This document shows, one piece after another, positions 9,131-17,916 of a stretch of 37,555 bases of DNA. The stretch's first letter is position 1. Every line of letters begins with the position of its first letter. Origin of the DNA: a virus (Duplodnaviria; Caudoviricetes); the IMG/VR virus record IMGVR_UViG_3300020042_007729, positions 1 through 37,555 of that record, one strand, 5' to 3'. Below the pieces are notes generated by a model. The model did not search any database. It saw only the letters and a program-made list of their open reading frames with translations, and was not told where the DNA came from. The position numbers were made by a program, and so were the translations under genes.

Positions 9131-11088
9131 GCTACACCCTGAAACAGCGCTTTAGCTTTTTGACCCCACAGGGAGACACGGTGCGCGTGGACTTTTTCCG
9201 CGAAGGCGCGGCAGCCGGCCTACGGATCCTGGACCCAGGACCGCAGCCGTTCATCCTGAAGGAATACAACAGCGACGCGGACCTGTTCAAGCATACCCGC
9301 GGGATCCTGGCGGAGATCCAGATTTTGAACATCAACGGCGTCCAGATGGACGACTTCATAGCCGACCAAGACAGCGACGTCCTGGTGCAGGGATACTTTA
9401 ACGGCACGCTGTTCTGGGCCGGCTGGTTGATCCAAGACGACTTCCAGGAGCCCTGGATCGACACCGCGCACTACATTACCCTACGGGCCACGGACGGTCT
9501 GGGAACGATCACCGGCAAGATCGACATGGGCGCTACGGGCCAGGCCACGATTCTGGATTTCATGGTGAACCCGCTGGCAAACACGCCGCTGGGCACCGGG
9601 ATCCTGGACAAGATCCTGGTCTGCAACTTATTCTACGACGGGATGCTGGACCGCACCGACGGCGAGAACACGGCGCTCCTGCAGACGACAGCCGACGTGC
9701 GGACCTTTGAAGGAGACGACAAAGCCAAGGTGCTGACCAAGGTCATGCGCAGCTGGGGCATGAGCGTCTACCAATACCTGGGCAAGTGGTGGTTTAACCG
9801 CGTGGAGGAATACATACAGCCGCTGCCGGTGCAGGGACTGGGCCAGGGCCTAAGCAGCTCCGGGCCTTTCAGCAAAACCTTCTACGTGAACATTGGCCGG
9901 TCCGAAGGGATCCAGGCGATCGTTCCCGAGATGCTGCGCTCCCGGATCCGTCCAAGCAAGAACACCCGGATAGACTTTTTTTACCGTTTCCCCAGGGAGA
10001 TCGTCTGCAACCAGACCTTCCAAAGCGGAGCGCTGATCATACCGACCACGGACAACTACAGCATCGACTGCTGGACGATTGAGAAAGCACCGCTCAGCGC
10101 CCCGGTCGCAGGTACCGCGGACTTTTACCGCGTGGAGGAGCTGGACGGCGACGGGAACGTTACCGACAATTACGCCTTTATACAAAGCGACGCCGCGCTG
10201 CACTGGGCCAGGAGCGAGCCGTTCTACATCAACGAAAACGACGTTTTCGATTTTGCCGTGGACTTCCGCGGCCAGCGCAACACAACGACCGGACCCAACA
10301 GCGTGAACATCGTGATCGTGCAGCTGCTGACGACGGGAGGAGCCCGCTACACGCTGGACGATGACGGCACCTGGAACCTGGCCGGAGGTACCTGGTCCAC
10401 CAACATAAAGAACCTGACCATGCACTACAGCGCCACGGAGAACACCGGCGACTGGAAAAACTACCGGGTCCGCAGCAAGGCAGCGCCCGCAGGTGGACAA
10501 ATCGAGATCCTCCTGCAAAACGTTTTCAGCACGGACACGGATGCCAATTTCAAGGGCCTGGAGATCGAGATCAGAGAGAGCTCCAAGCAACCCGGCGTGG
10601 CCGGTGACTACGACCAATACACCTTGGCCGGATCCGGGACGCTGAACCGGGACTACCAGGAGGAGACCTTTATGGACGACAGCAACAACCGGCAGCACAA
10701 AGGAGCGCTGTTTTTTGATGGTGACCTTACCGGCGACAATTGGTACCGGATGGATTACAGCACGGAGCGGCTGACCTTTAAGCGACACAAAGCGATCGGG
10801 CACATGCTGCTGAACCGACGCGGCCGGTCCCGGATCCAGGTGACGATGAGAGGGCTGACCTGGGACGACGGCGGGACAACCAGGCCGATCTGGCTGCAGA
10901 ACCGTTTTATTTTCGTGGACGACGCGCCGACCAAGACCTGGATGATCGGCAACCTGGAGGAGCTGAACTTTGCAGAGGGAACCTGGAAAGCAACGCTGGT
11001 GGAGGTTTGGGATTCCGCGATTGATTCCGCGGACCCGGACGACTACCCAACACACAGCTACGCTAACATTTACGAGAAGGATGTGTAA
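9127..11088 (+). CDS. Tail tip / minor tail protein
   Basis: 653 aa, beta-rich, with WAGWL and ITLRATDGLG. Directly after the tape measure gene with an ATGA overlap. Confidence 0.7.
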   Translation: MSYTLKQRFSFLTPQGDTVRVDFFREGAAAGLRILDPGPQPFILKEYNSDADLFKHTRGILAEIQILNINGVQMDDFIADQDSDVLVQGYFNGTLFWAGWLIQDDFQEPWIDTAHYITLRATDGLGTITGKIDMGATGQATILDFMVNPLANTPLGTGILDKILVCNLFYDGMLDRTDGENTALLQTTADVRTFEGDDKAKVLTKVMRSWGMSVYQYLGKWWFNRVEEYIQPLPVQGLGQGLSSSGPFSKTFYVNIGRSEGIQAIVPEMLRSRIRPSKNTRIDFFYRFPREIVCNQTFQSGALIIPTTDNYSIDCWTIEKAPLSAPVAGTADFYRVEELDGDGNVTDNYAFIQSDAALHWARSEPFYINENDVFDFAVDFRGQRNTTTGPNSVNIVIVQLLTTGGARYTLDDDGTWNLAGGTWSTNIKNLTMHYSATENTGDWKNYRVRSKAAPAGGQIEILLQNVFSTDTDANFKGLEIEIRESSKQPGVAGDYDQYTLAGSGTLNRDYQEETFMDDSNNRQHKGALFFDGDLTGDNWYRMDYSTERLTFKRHKAIGHMLLNRRGRSRIQVTMRGLTWDDGGTTRPIWLQNRFIFVDDAPTKTWMIGNLEELNFAEGTWKATLVEVWDSAIDSADPDDYPTHSYANIYEKDV

Positions 11089-11119
11089 AACTTTTACCGC
11101 AGGCGGCCGACGGCCTGCA

Positions 11120-11127
11120 TAAATTTG
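11120..11127 (+). promoter_or_regulatory. Candidate Bacteroidota -7 promoter element (TAnnTTTG)
   Basis: TAAATTTG lies in the 44-bp intergenic gap, 5 nt before ATG 11133, and is preceded by the inverted repeat GCAGGC...GCCTGC. Confidence 0.45.
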
Positions 11128-11132
11128 GAGCA

Positions 11133-11927
11133 ATGAGCGACGTAGTACGGGGCAATTTCGCGATCATTTACCTGAAGCTGGGATCGGTTTACTACCCGGT
11201 CGCCTGCACTAAGGACGTGGAAATTTCCTTCGACAGCGACCTGATCGAGACGGCAGCACGGAGCTCCTCCCATTTTCGGGAATGGGAATACGGGCGGACC
11301 ACGGGCCAGATTACCGGCAGCGGCCTGGTGAAAGTGGACACAGCGCCGGACAACTTATACACCATTTTCGACATCACGGGATTTCAGCTCAGCCAGCAAA
11401 AGCTGATGGTTAAATATTCGATCCAGGACCCGGACGGCAACCTGAAAGTTTTTGAGTGCAACACGCTGATACGAAACACCACGTACACAAAAACAGCGGG
11501 CCAGATCCTGGGTGGCGCCTACGCGCTCCAGATCACCGGAGAGCCGACGCTGACCACTACGCCGGTGGCCAACACCAACCCACAGATTTTAATTTACGAA
11601 TACACGGCGAGCGGAGGCGAAGTGACCCTGGACCTTTCCGTCCTGGGAGACAACGCCACGATCATCGTGGTTTACATAAAGCCGGCAGCCAGCGCGGGCG
11701 GATCCAGCCACGAGGTAAAGATCGCCCCGGAGGGCTACAGCGGCACCCAGGTGCAATATGACCCAACGACCAAGGAACTGAACTTAGGGGCCGCCCTGGG
11801 AGCCGGAGACTACGTGAAGGTGATCTACGTCGACGTGGACAGCACGATCGACACAAGCCTATACCTGGAGGACGGTACGGGCGAATTTATAGAGGACGGC
11901 ACGGGAGAAGAAATTACCAGCGGATGA
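11133..11927 (+). CDS. Second tail-tube-like protein with C-terminal extension
   Basis: The N-terminal ~140 aa resemble a tail tube (VACTKDVEISFDSDLIET, ITGSGLV, ALQITGEPT). An extra domain and EDGTGE twice follow. Confidence 0.6.
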   Translation: MSDVVRGNFAIIYLKLGSVYYPVACTKDVEISFDSDLIETAARSSSHFREWEYGRTTGQITGSGLVKVDTAPDNLYTIFDITGFQLSQQKLMVKYSIQDPDGNLKVFECNTLIRNTTYTKTAGQILGGAYALQITGEPTLTTTPVANTNPQILIYEYTASGGEVTLDLSVLGDNATIIVVYIKPAASAGGSSHEVKIAPEGYSGTQVQYDPTTKELNLGAALGAGDYVKVIYVDVDSTIDTSLYLEDGTGEFIEDGTGEEITSG

Positions 11928-12220
11928 TAGCGGCGTGCAAATACAAGGTCCTCAAAGACACGCCGGTGAACGGATCCGGCGTGGTGCCTGTTTACTTTTA
12001 CGCGGTGAACGGCAACCAGATCCTGGACGTCCTGCACAACGGCGAGAGCCTGCAGGCGGACCACACGGTGGACGAGACGCAGAGCCGCGTGGATTTCGAG
12101 TTCGACCTGGCCTACGGAGACGAGCTGATGGTGATCTACACCACGCTACCCAGGGCCGCGTCGGGATCCGCGCCTGCGGGTTTTGAGCTTTACGGATTTG
12201 AGACTTACGGATTTGAATAG
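11924..12220 (+). CDS. Hypothetical tail-associated protein
   Basis: 98 aa with an ATGA overlap, ending in GFELYGFETYGFE. Confidence 0.7.
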   Translation: MIAACKYKVLKDTPVNGSGVVPVYFYAVNGNQILDVLHNGESLQADHTVDETQSRVDFEFDLAYGDELMVIYTTLPRAASGSAPAGFELYGFETYGFE

Positions 12221-12222
12221 CG

Positions 12223-12483
12223 ATGTGGACAAACAGACAAATACAAGCCCTGTACGACAAAGCCAACGCGGCCGGTACCGACGTGGTCAGGTGGTCGGAT
12301 CTTTTCGAGATCCTGGAGGAGAGCCGCAACCCGGACACCACGGACTACACGCTGCAGCCGGTGGCCTTCAGCGACCTGCCAGAGTACGCGGACGACGCGG
12401 CTGCGGTGAGCGGAGGACTACCCAGCGGAGCGCTGTACAGGACCAGCTCAGGACAAGTAAACCAAGTTTTACCAGCAATATAA
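12223..12483 (+). CDS. Hypothetical tail-associated protein
   Basis: 86 aa containing LPEYADDAAAVSGGLPSGALYRT, a motif type I recall from phage fibre proteins. Confidence 0.65.
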   Translation: MWTNRQIQALYDKANAAGTDVVRWSDLFEILEESRNPDTTDYTLQPVAFSDLPEYADDAAAVSGGLPSGALYRTSSGQVNQVLPAI

Positions 12484-12493
12484 AGCGACAACT

Positions 12494-13708
12494 ATGGCAA
12501 AGAAAATTAAAGACCTGACCGCGCAACCGAGCACACCCCTAGACAGTGATTTTGTCGCCTGGGGCCAGGCTACCGGGTCAGGGTTTGCATACAAGATGAC
12601 CTTCACGCAGCTGAAAGCCAAGCTGGACTCGATGAGCGGCGGAGACGTCACAGCGCCGACGGTGCTCAGCATGACGGTGGCGGACGCCAACCCGGACCGG
12701 ATCGTGGTGGTTTTCAGCGAGAGCGTGACCGCAACCACAGCCGGCTGGAGTGCAGAGAAGGACGCGGTCGCCTGGACGATCAGCTCGGTGAGCGGATCCG
12801 GCACAACCTGGACCTTCGTGATGGCATCGGCAGCCGGCAGCGGCGACGTGCTGACCATGAGCTACAACAGCGGAACGGGCAACACGATCGACGCATCGGG
12901 CAACGAGCTGGCAAGCTTTACCGACAGCGCGGTGACCAACAACGTCGGATCAGGCTACGAGACCGAGACCGACGCATTCCTGGCGGCCAACACCGGACTC
13001 AGTGGCACGATCCAGGACGCGGTCAACGACCTGGTGGTTGCGCTGAAGGGCATCGGCTGGTCAAAATTCCACGCGGTCTACCCGCTCGTTGGCGGAACAG
13101 CCGCAGCGCACAAGTGGAACCTGATCGACCCGGCAGACACAGACGCGGCATTTAGGCTGACCTTCACCGGATCCCTTACTCATGACGCCAACGGCATCAC
13201 GCCCGGAGGCACCACGTCGGACTACGCGGATACCAAGTTTGTGCCTGATACCCATTTTCCGACCGCAAACAGCGCGTCGATCGGATACTACATACGATCG
13301 ATCAGCGGAGACCAGCAACTGATGGGCGCTTACGTGGACGGTAGCTTTTTCGACACCTACCAGCTGTCAACTTACGGCGGCCTGTTTTACGGACAAATAG
13401 GGATGGTGACCGACACGGTCTCTACACCGTCACCGTTTACACGACTCGTCGTCGGCAGCCGGACCGGGGCAACAACAACAGACTTCTACAGAGACGGGAC
13501 CAATTTTAAGAGCTCGACGCTGGCATACGACGACACCTGCACCGTTTCGATTTACCTGTTCGGGCGCAACGCCAACGGGACCAATAACAGCGCCGGCAAC
13601 GTGCCCTGCTCGTTTGCATTCATCGCGGACGGTTTGACCAGCGGCGAGGTAAGCACGCTGAACACAGCCGTCAACGCATTCCAAACCGCAATCGGACGAA
13701 ATGTTTAG
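12494..13708 (+). CDS. Tail fibre / receptor-binding protein (Ig/SwmB-like repeat plus lectin-like C-terminal region)
   Basis: N-terminus KKIKDL...D...YKMTFTQLK. An Ig-like repeat (DVTAPTV...VVFSESV...DASGNELASFTDSAVTNN) is followed by WSKFHAVYPLVGG...WNLIDP and a beta-rich region. Confidence 0.7.
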   Translation: MAKKIKDLTAQPSTPLDSDFVAWGQATGSGFAYKMTFTQLKAKLDSMSGGDVTAPTVLSMTVADANPDRIVVVFSESVTATTAGWSAEKDAVAWTISSVSGSGTTWTFVMASAAGSGDVLTMSYNSGTGNTIDASGNELASFTDSAVTNNVGSGYETETDAFLAANTGLSGTIQDAVNDLVVALKGIGWSKFHAVYPLVGGTAAAHKWNLIDPADTDAAFRLTFTGSLTHDANGITPGGTTSDYADTKFVPDTHFPTANSASIGYYIRSISGDQQLMGAYVDGSFFDTYQLSTYGGLFYGQIGMVTDTVSTPSPFTRLVVGSRTGATTTDFYRDGTNFKSSTLAYDDTCTVSIYLFGRNANGTNNSAGNVPCSFAFIADGLTSGEVSTLNTAVNAFQTAIGRNV

Positions 13709-14393
13709 AACGCTAATTTTTTTAACGCTGCTGACAAGCTGCCAAAAAATAGACATGAGGTCATTCTTCCAGAGCAACAAGAACCCAAGCACGATCTCGC
13801 TGACCAACGCGGTGCTCGTTTGCGACGGCAATAGCCTGACGCAAGGCACCGGAGCCAGCAACCCGGCCACGACCAGCTACCCGGCGCTGCTGGATGCGGA
13901 CGCGGCCTTCAGCACCGTGACGACCTACAACCTGGGCGTCGCAGCACAGGAGACCCAGGACATGATCGATGACGCAGCCAGCCAGGTGGACCCGCTCTAC
14001 AACGGAGCCGTCGACAACATCCTGGTGGCCTGGGAGGTGGGTAACGACATTTTCTACAACGGATCCGTGAGCGGAGCGCTCTCGCGGTTTTGGAGTTACT
14101 GCGACGCCCGCAGAGCGGTGGGTTTCAAGGTGATCGTGATCAACTGCCCGCCAAGGGATCAGAGCACGGACTTTGGAGACAACAGCGCGCAGTTCAACAC
14201 CAAGCTGGAGAGCGCCAACACGCAGCTGGCAGCGGAGTGGATGTCGCACGCGGACGGTTTCGTGGACCTGGCCGGAGATAGCCGGTTTGAGGGCTACAAC
14301 CTGACCTACTACGACGCCGACAAGATCCACTACACCGACGCCGGATACCAGGTGGTCAAGGACCTGGTGAAAGCCAAAATTTTAACTCTTTAA
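13701..14393 (+). CDS. SGNH/GDSL hydrolase with predicted lipoprotein signal
   Basis: Blocks DGNSLT, NLGV, EVGND and DKIH. The N-terminus MFRTLIFLTLLTS-C carries a lipobox. Confidence 0.85.
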   Translation: MFRTLIFLTLLTSCQKIDMRSFFQSNKNPSTISLTNAVLVCDGNSLTQGTGASNPATTSYPALLDADAAFSTVTTYNLGVAAQETQDMIDDAASQVDPLYNGAVDNILVAWEVGNDIFYNGSVSGALSRFWSYCDARRAVGFKVIVINCPPRDQSTDFGDNSAQFNTKLESANTQLAAEWMSHADGFVDLAGDSRFEGYNLTYYDADKIHYTDAGYQVVKDLVKAKILTL

Positions 14394-14395
14394 CC

Positions 14396-14824
14396 ATGGG
14401 CTACAAAGCAAGATCCACCTGGCAAAGCGAAAACGCCGGACGATACATACCGGGCACCAAAAAGTGGGAGCCCCAGGAACTGGAGGACCACCTGCAGAAC
14501 CTAAGCGAGAGCGTGCCCTGGAACGAGCCGGTGCAGACGCTGACCGACGGCGCAACGATCACCTGGGACTACAGCCTGGGCGCAGAAGCGAAAGTGACGC
14601 TGGGCGGAAACCGGACGCTGGCCATAGGCAACCTGCCTCTAGGCCGCGTGGTTTACGGGACCCTGGAAGTTTACCAGGACGGTACCGGATCCAGGTCGCT
14701 GACCTTACCGACACCCAAGACGACCAACGGAGGATCGATCAACGGAGCGGCCAGCAGCAAGACGCTGATCACCTTCCGGTACGACGGTACGAAATTCGAG
14801 TTTAACATTTCACAGCACAGCTAA
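14396..14824 (+). CDS. Hypothetical virion/fibre-associated protein
   Basis: LTDGATITWD...VTLGGNRTL...QDGTGSRSLT is a beta domain of a type common in phage fibre proteins. Confidence 0.65.
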   Translation: MGYKARSTWQSENAGRYIPGTKKWEPQELEDHLQNLSESVPWNEPVQTLTDGATITWDYSLGAEAKVTLGGNRTLAIGNLPLGRVVYGTLEVYQDGTGSRSLTLPTPKTTNGGSINGAASSKTLITFRYDGTKFEFNISQHS

Positions 14825-14873
14825 CCACACCAAAAACAGAAAGGAATTGATCACCAAAGCAGACGATAAAACA

Positions 14874-15065
14874 ATGGAATGGATCGACATCGCGTCCCTA
14901 AAACTGATGGCAGCCAGCATCTGGCTAACCATTTTCACCCTGATCATACCCGAGACCCTGATCGCGGTTTTTGCAGTAGCGGCCAGCGCAACCACGGTGG
15001 CCTTCAACCTTTACAGATTTTATGAATCCAGAAAACAAAAAACGAATGGCAGAGATCCTGCGTAA
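14874..15065 (+). CDS. Small membrane protein, holin-like
   Basis: Two hydrophobic segments and a basic C-terminus at the start of the lysis cassette. ATG 14874 is preferred over TTG 14847. Confidence 0.55.
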   Translation: MEWIDIASLKLMAASIWLTIFTLIIPETLIAVFAVAASATTVAFNLYRFYESRKQKTNGRDPA

Positions 15066-15291
15066 GACCACCAATCAAGACATCCGCAACACGATGGCCG
15101 TGGCCTGGATGATCCTATCCTTCCTGTTCGTTTTCAAGCTCCTGACGACACCGATACCGGCAGGAAACAAGGACGTGGTGAACACGATCGCCGGCCTGGT
15201 CGTGGGCCAGCTGGTGGTGATCGTGGCTTACTATTTCGTCCAAAGCAAAACCGAGGTAGACCAACAACGAAAAGACAGCGACCATGAGTAG
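15046..15291 (+). CDS. Two-TM membrane protein, holin-like
   Basis: TM1, IPAGNKDVV loop, TM2, then YYF and a charged tail. Alternative start at 15022. Confidence 0.6.
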   Translation: MAEILRKTTNQDIRNTMAVAWMILSFLFVFKLLTTPIPAGNKDVVNTIAGLVVGQLVVIVAYYFVQSKTEVDQQRKDSDHE

Positions 15292-15820
15292 AATTTTGAC
15301 AGCCCTGGCGCTTTGCGTTTTCATCACGGCCTGCAGCCCGCTCAGGCATTACCGCAAGGTGGCAACGGACACCGATGTGACCACGAAGAAAAAGAAAATC
15401 ATGGCACCCTGGATCATGGCGAACTTCCCGAGCGAGGACCGCTACGTCCCAGGAGACACGCTGGTGCGGATTGACACGCTGACCAGGGAGGACACGATCT
15501 ACTGGGAGACGGTGGACACGCTGCGCCTGCAGGAGCCCGAGCGCGTGGTTTACCGTTACGTGACCAGGACGCTGACGATCAGGGACACGGTCTACCGGCC
15601 GGATCCAAAAACAAAAGCGCAGGTTTTCTACCTGACCGATGAGCTGAACAAGCGCGACGCCGTGATCGTTAGCCAGGAGCAGACGATCGCGGACCTGAAG
15701 ATCGAGCTCGGGCTAAGCGAGGACCAGGTGCAGAAGCTCTGGTGGTGGCTGATCGGGATCGGCCTAGCGGTGGGCGCTTTCACGGTCCTGGCAATTAAGA
15801 AAAAAATACCATTCATATGA
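15284..15820 (+). CDS. Probable unimolecular spanin (N-terminal lipoprotein signal plus C-terminal TM helix)
   Basis: Lipobox ITA-C at residue 17 and C-terminal LWWWLIGIGLAVGAFTVLAI-KKK, inside the lysis cassette. Confidence 0.7.
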   Translation: MSRILTALALCVFITACSPLRHYRKVATDTDVTTKKKKIMAPWIMANFPSEDRYVPGDTLVRIDTLTREDTIYWETVDTLRLQEPERVVYRYVTRTLTIRDTVYRPDPKTKAQVFYLTDELNKRDAVIVSQEQTIADLKIELGLSEDQVQKLWWWLIGIGLAVGAFTVLAIKKKIPFI

Positions 15821-16152
15821 ACCTACAAGACCTGAGAAACAAAGGAGTTACCCCGATTTTTTTATTCGCAGCGCTGCTGGTGATCGGCGGCATTTTAACC
15901 ATGGTATTTGTACCAGGCAACACGCTGTACCACGCACCGATCGCCAACAAGCTGATCGCCGGGCTTTTCCTGGTGGCGGCAAGCTGGTGGGGGCGGTCCT
16001 GGTCGCGGGACAAGTTCACGTTCACCACGGACTGGCGCGTGGACTTTTTCATCTACGCCGGCGTCATGCTGGCGCTGGTGGCGCTGGCCTTTTTGACCTT
16101 CGCGGTTTGGCATAGCGGACCGATAGGCCTCACCACAAACCCGGTGAAATGA
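15817..16152 (+). CDS. Three-TM membrane protein
   Basis: Three hydrophobic segments and ATGA overlaps on both sides. Confidence 0.7.
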   Translation: MNLQDLRNKGVTPIFLFAALLVIGGILTMVFVPGNTLYHAPIANKLIAGLFLVAASWWGRSWSRDKFTFTTDWRVDFFIYAGVMLALVALAFLTFAVWHSGPIGLTTNPVK

Positions 16153-16475
16153 TTGGCACGCTGGTCCTGGTAGCGATCGCCGCGGTTTTCAACGCAGCGA
16201 TGGACATGCTCGAGAACGAGAACTACCATAGCAGCATTTTCGCCAAGTGGGACCAGGCCTTCTGGTACAAGCGAGAGAGCTGGAAAACAGCGCGGCGGAT
16301 CCGCGGATACAAGATCGACGGCTGGCACCTGGCCAAGAGCGCGATGATCGTCACCCTGGCCCTGGCCATAGCGGGACACGAGCACGCGGCCCCGGCGCTT
16401 TTGGAGATCCTGCTGATCGGCCTGGTTTGGAACCTGAGTTTTAACGCAGCCTACCATTTAATGAAAAAACGATGA
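16149..16475 (+). CDS. Membrane protein of unknown function
   Basis: About three TM segments flanking a Trp-rich loop (AMD...SIF...FW...SW...DGWHLAK). Confidence 0.7.
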   Translation: MIGTLVLVAIAAVFNAAMDMLENENYHSSIFAKWDQAFWYKRESWKTARRIRGYKIDGWHLAKSAMIVTLALAIAGHEHAAPALLEILLIGLVWNLSFNAAYHLMKKR

Positions 16476-17014
16476 TCCCACAGCGATACGGCTGGCTGGC
16501 CGGGATTTACCAGCCGCTGCTGGTGCAACACGGGTTTGACCTGTGGGGCACCGCGGAGATACCAGGACCCAAGAGCAACCCGGAGATTATGGCCTGGGCC
16601 AAAGCGCTCAAGGTAGACAAGACCTACACCAACGACGACATCGCCTGGTGCGGGCTTTTCATGGCCTACGTGGTGCACAAAAGCGGCCGGAAGCCGGTGC
16701 CCAATTTCCTGCGAGCCAGGGCCTGGGCGAGCTGGGGAGCCGGCGTCGACCTGACCAAAGACAAAGCGAGCCTGGGCGACGTGCTGGTATTCGAGCGCGG
16801 GCCAGTTTTCGGCCACGTCGGGATTTACATCGCGGAGGACCAGGACACCTACTACGTCCTGGGCGGCAACCAGAGCAACACGGTGAACGTTACCCGGATC
16901 CAGAAAACGAGATTGATCGCGGTGCGCCGGCCGATCTACAACGTAAAGCCCTGGACGGCCAAACCCTACTGGGTCAACGACACCGGGGCGCTGATCAGCA
17001 CCAACGAGGCCTGA
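16472..17014 (+). CDS. Endolysin, NlpC/P60/CHAP-type (TIGR02594-like)
   Basis: Motifs EIPGPKSNPEI, DDIAWCGLF (catalytic Cys), GHVGIY (His) and VLGGNQSN. Confidence 0.9.
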   Translation: MIPQRYGWLAGIYQPLLVQHGFDLWGTAEIPGPKSNPEIMAWAKALKVDKTYTNDDIAWCGLFMAYVVHKSGRKPVPNFLRARAWASWGAGVDLTKDKASLGDVLVFERGPVFGHVGIYIAEDQDTYYVLGGNQSNTVNVTRIQKTRLIAVRRPIYNVKPWTAKPYWVNDTGALISTNEA

Positions 17015-17020
17015 GCGCCG

Positions 17021-17095
17021 TTAACAAAACTTTAACTAATTTATTTACACAAAGGTGCACAAAGTTGCACCTTTTTGCATTAACTTAGCAGAACA
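17021..17095 (+). promoter_or_regulatory. AT-rich late/early boundary with an inverted repeat and a candidate early promoter
   Basis: Inverted repeat AAAGGTGCA-caaagt-TGCACCTTT (17051-17074) followed by TT. TAACTTAG at 17081 is one mismatch from TAnnTTTG. Confidence 0.6.
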
Positions 17096-17109
17096 AAACA
17101 CGAAAGAAC

Positions 17110-17268
17110 ATGACAGCGACCTACACCAACAAAGCGACCAACGAGACCTACAAGATAGGCGGCATCACAGGATTAGCCCAGGCCTGGAACCTGGCACCTT
17201 TTGTTTGCAGCAGGATGAACTGGAACCTTTCGATGTTCAGCTACGACGTTAAAGTGAAACTTTCCTAA
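17110..17268 (+). CDS. Small early hypothetical protein (52 aa, not in the ORF track)
   Basis: MTATYTNKATNETYKIGGITGLAQAWNL...VKVKLS with an A-rich leader. First ORF after the candidate promoter. Confidence 0.6.
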   Translation: MTATYTNKATNETYKIGGITGLAQAWNLAPFVCSRMNWNLSMFSYDVKVKLS

Positions 17269-17286
17269 ACAACAAAACCACGGATC

Positions 17287-17499
17287 ATGAAAGCACGCGG
17301 AGACTTTAAAAACGAATTTCATTACAGGACCTACCTGATCAGCTACTACGCCGGCCAAATTATGCCAAGCATCGACGGCGGGCACGTTCAAGCGGCAGAG
17401 ACCGCGGTACGCAGAGCCCAGGCGCTCACCGAAGCGATCCTGGCCTTCAACGAAGATGACGACCGGTTTGATTACGACAGAGAGGAGGACGAATTATAA
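17287..17499 (+). CDS. Small early hypothetical protein with acidic tail
   Basis: 70 aa ending in EDDDRFDYDREEDEL, with an A-rich leader. Confidence 0.7.
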   Translation: MKARGDFKNEFHYRTYLISYYAGQIMPSIDGGHVQAAETAVRRAQALTEAILAFNEDDDRFDYDREEDEL

Positions 17500-17601
17500 A
17501 CAACGAGATCCAGGCGGCGAGTTTTGTAACGGTCACAAGCCAGCAAGAGCGCGCCAACAGCCAAGGAAAACAGCCGCCCGGATTTTACAAATACCACGAT
17601 C

Positions 17602-17916
17602 ATGAGAATTAAAGGAATTACCAGCAGCCGCCTAAAGCACGATCCTACCTGGGTTGAAGGCATGATATTCACGGACACCCCGGAGCGTTTCGTTTTCCAG
17701 GCCAAAGTTTATGACGAGGGATCCAGCTACGGGATCAACGGCGGCCGGACCAGCAAGCTCTGGATAGCCAGCAAGAACGGTGCGCAGCTGAACGAGATCG
17801 CCAACTACGACCGCGGCTGGGACCACAAGCCTGCGCCACACCACAAGCACATCGTCGACGCGATGGTCGCCCTGCTGGAGATGCAGGACCCGATCACCAA
17901 AACCCAGGGAGCATGA
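17602..17916 (+). CDS. Conserved phage hypothetical protein
   Basis: KVYDEGSSYGINGGRTSKL...NYDRGWD resembles a recurring small phage/prophage protein family. Confidence 0.75.
   Translation: MRIKGITSSRLKHDPTWVEGMIFTDTPERFVFQAKVYDEGSSYGINGGRTSKLWIASKNGAQLNEIANYDRGWDHKPAPHHKHIVDAMVALLEMQDPITKTQGA

Noticed and set aside
9850-11133. Long minus-strand ORFs (also 3390-4202, 23611-24597, 24679-25779, 32122-33219, 35647-36807)
   Set aside because: They lie antisense to well-supported + strand genes and have no motifs. GC-rich codon bias suppresses stop codons in the mirror frame.
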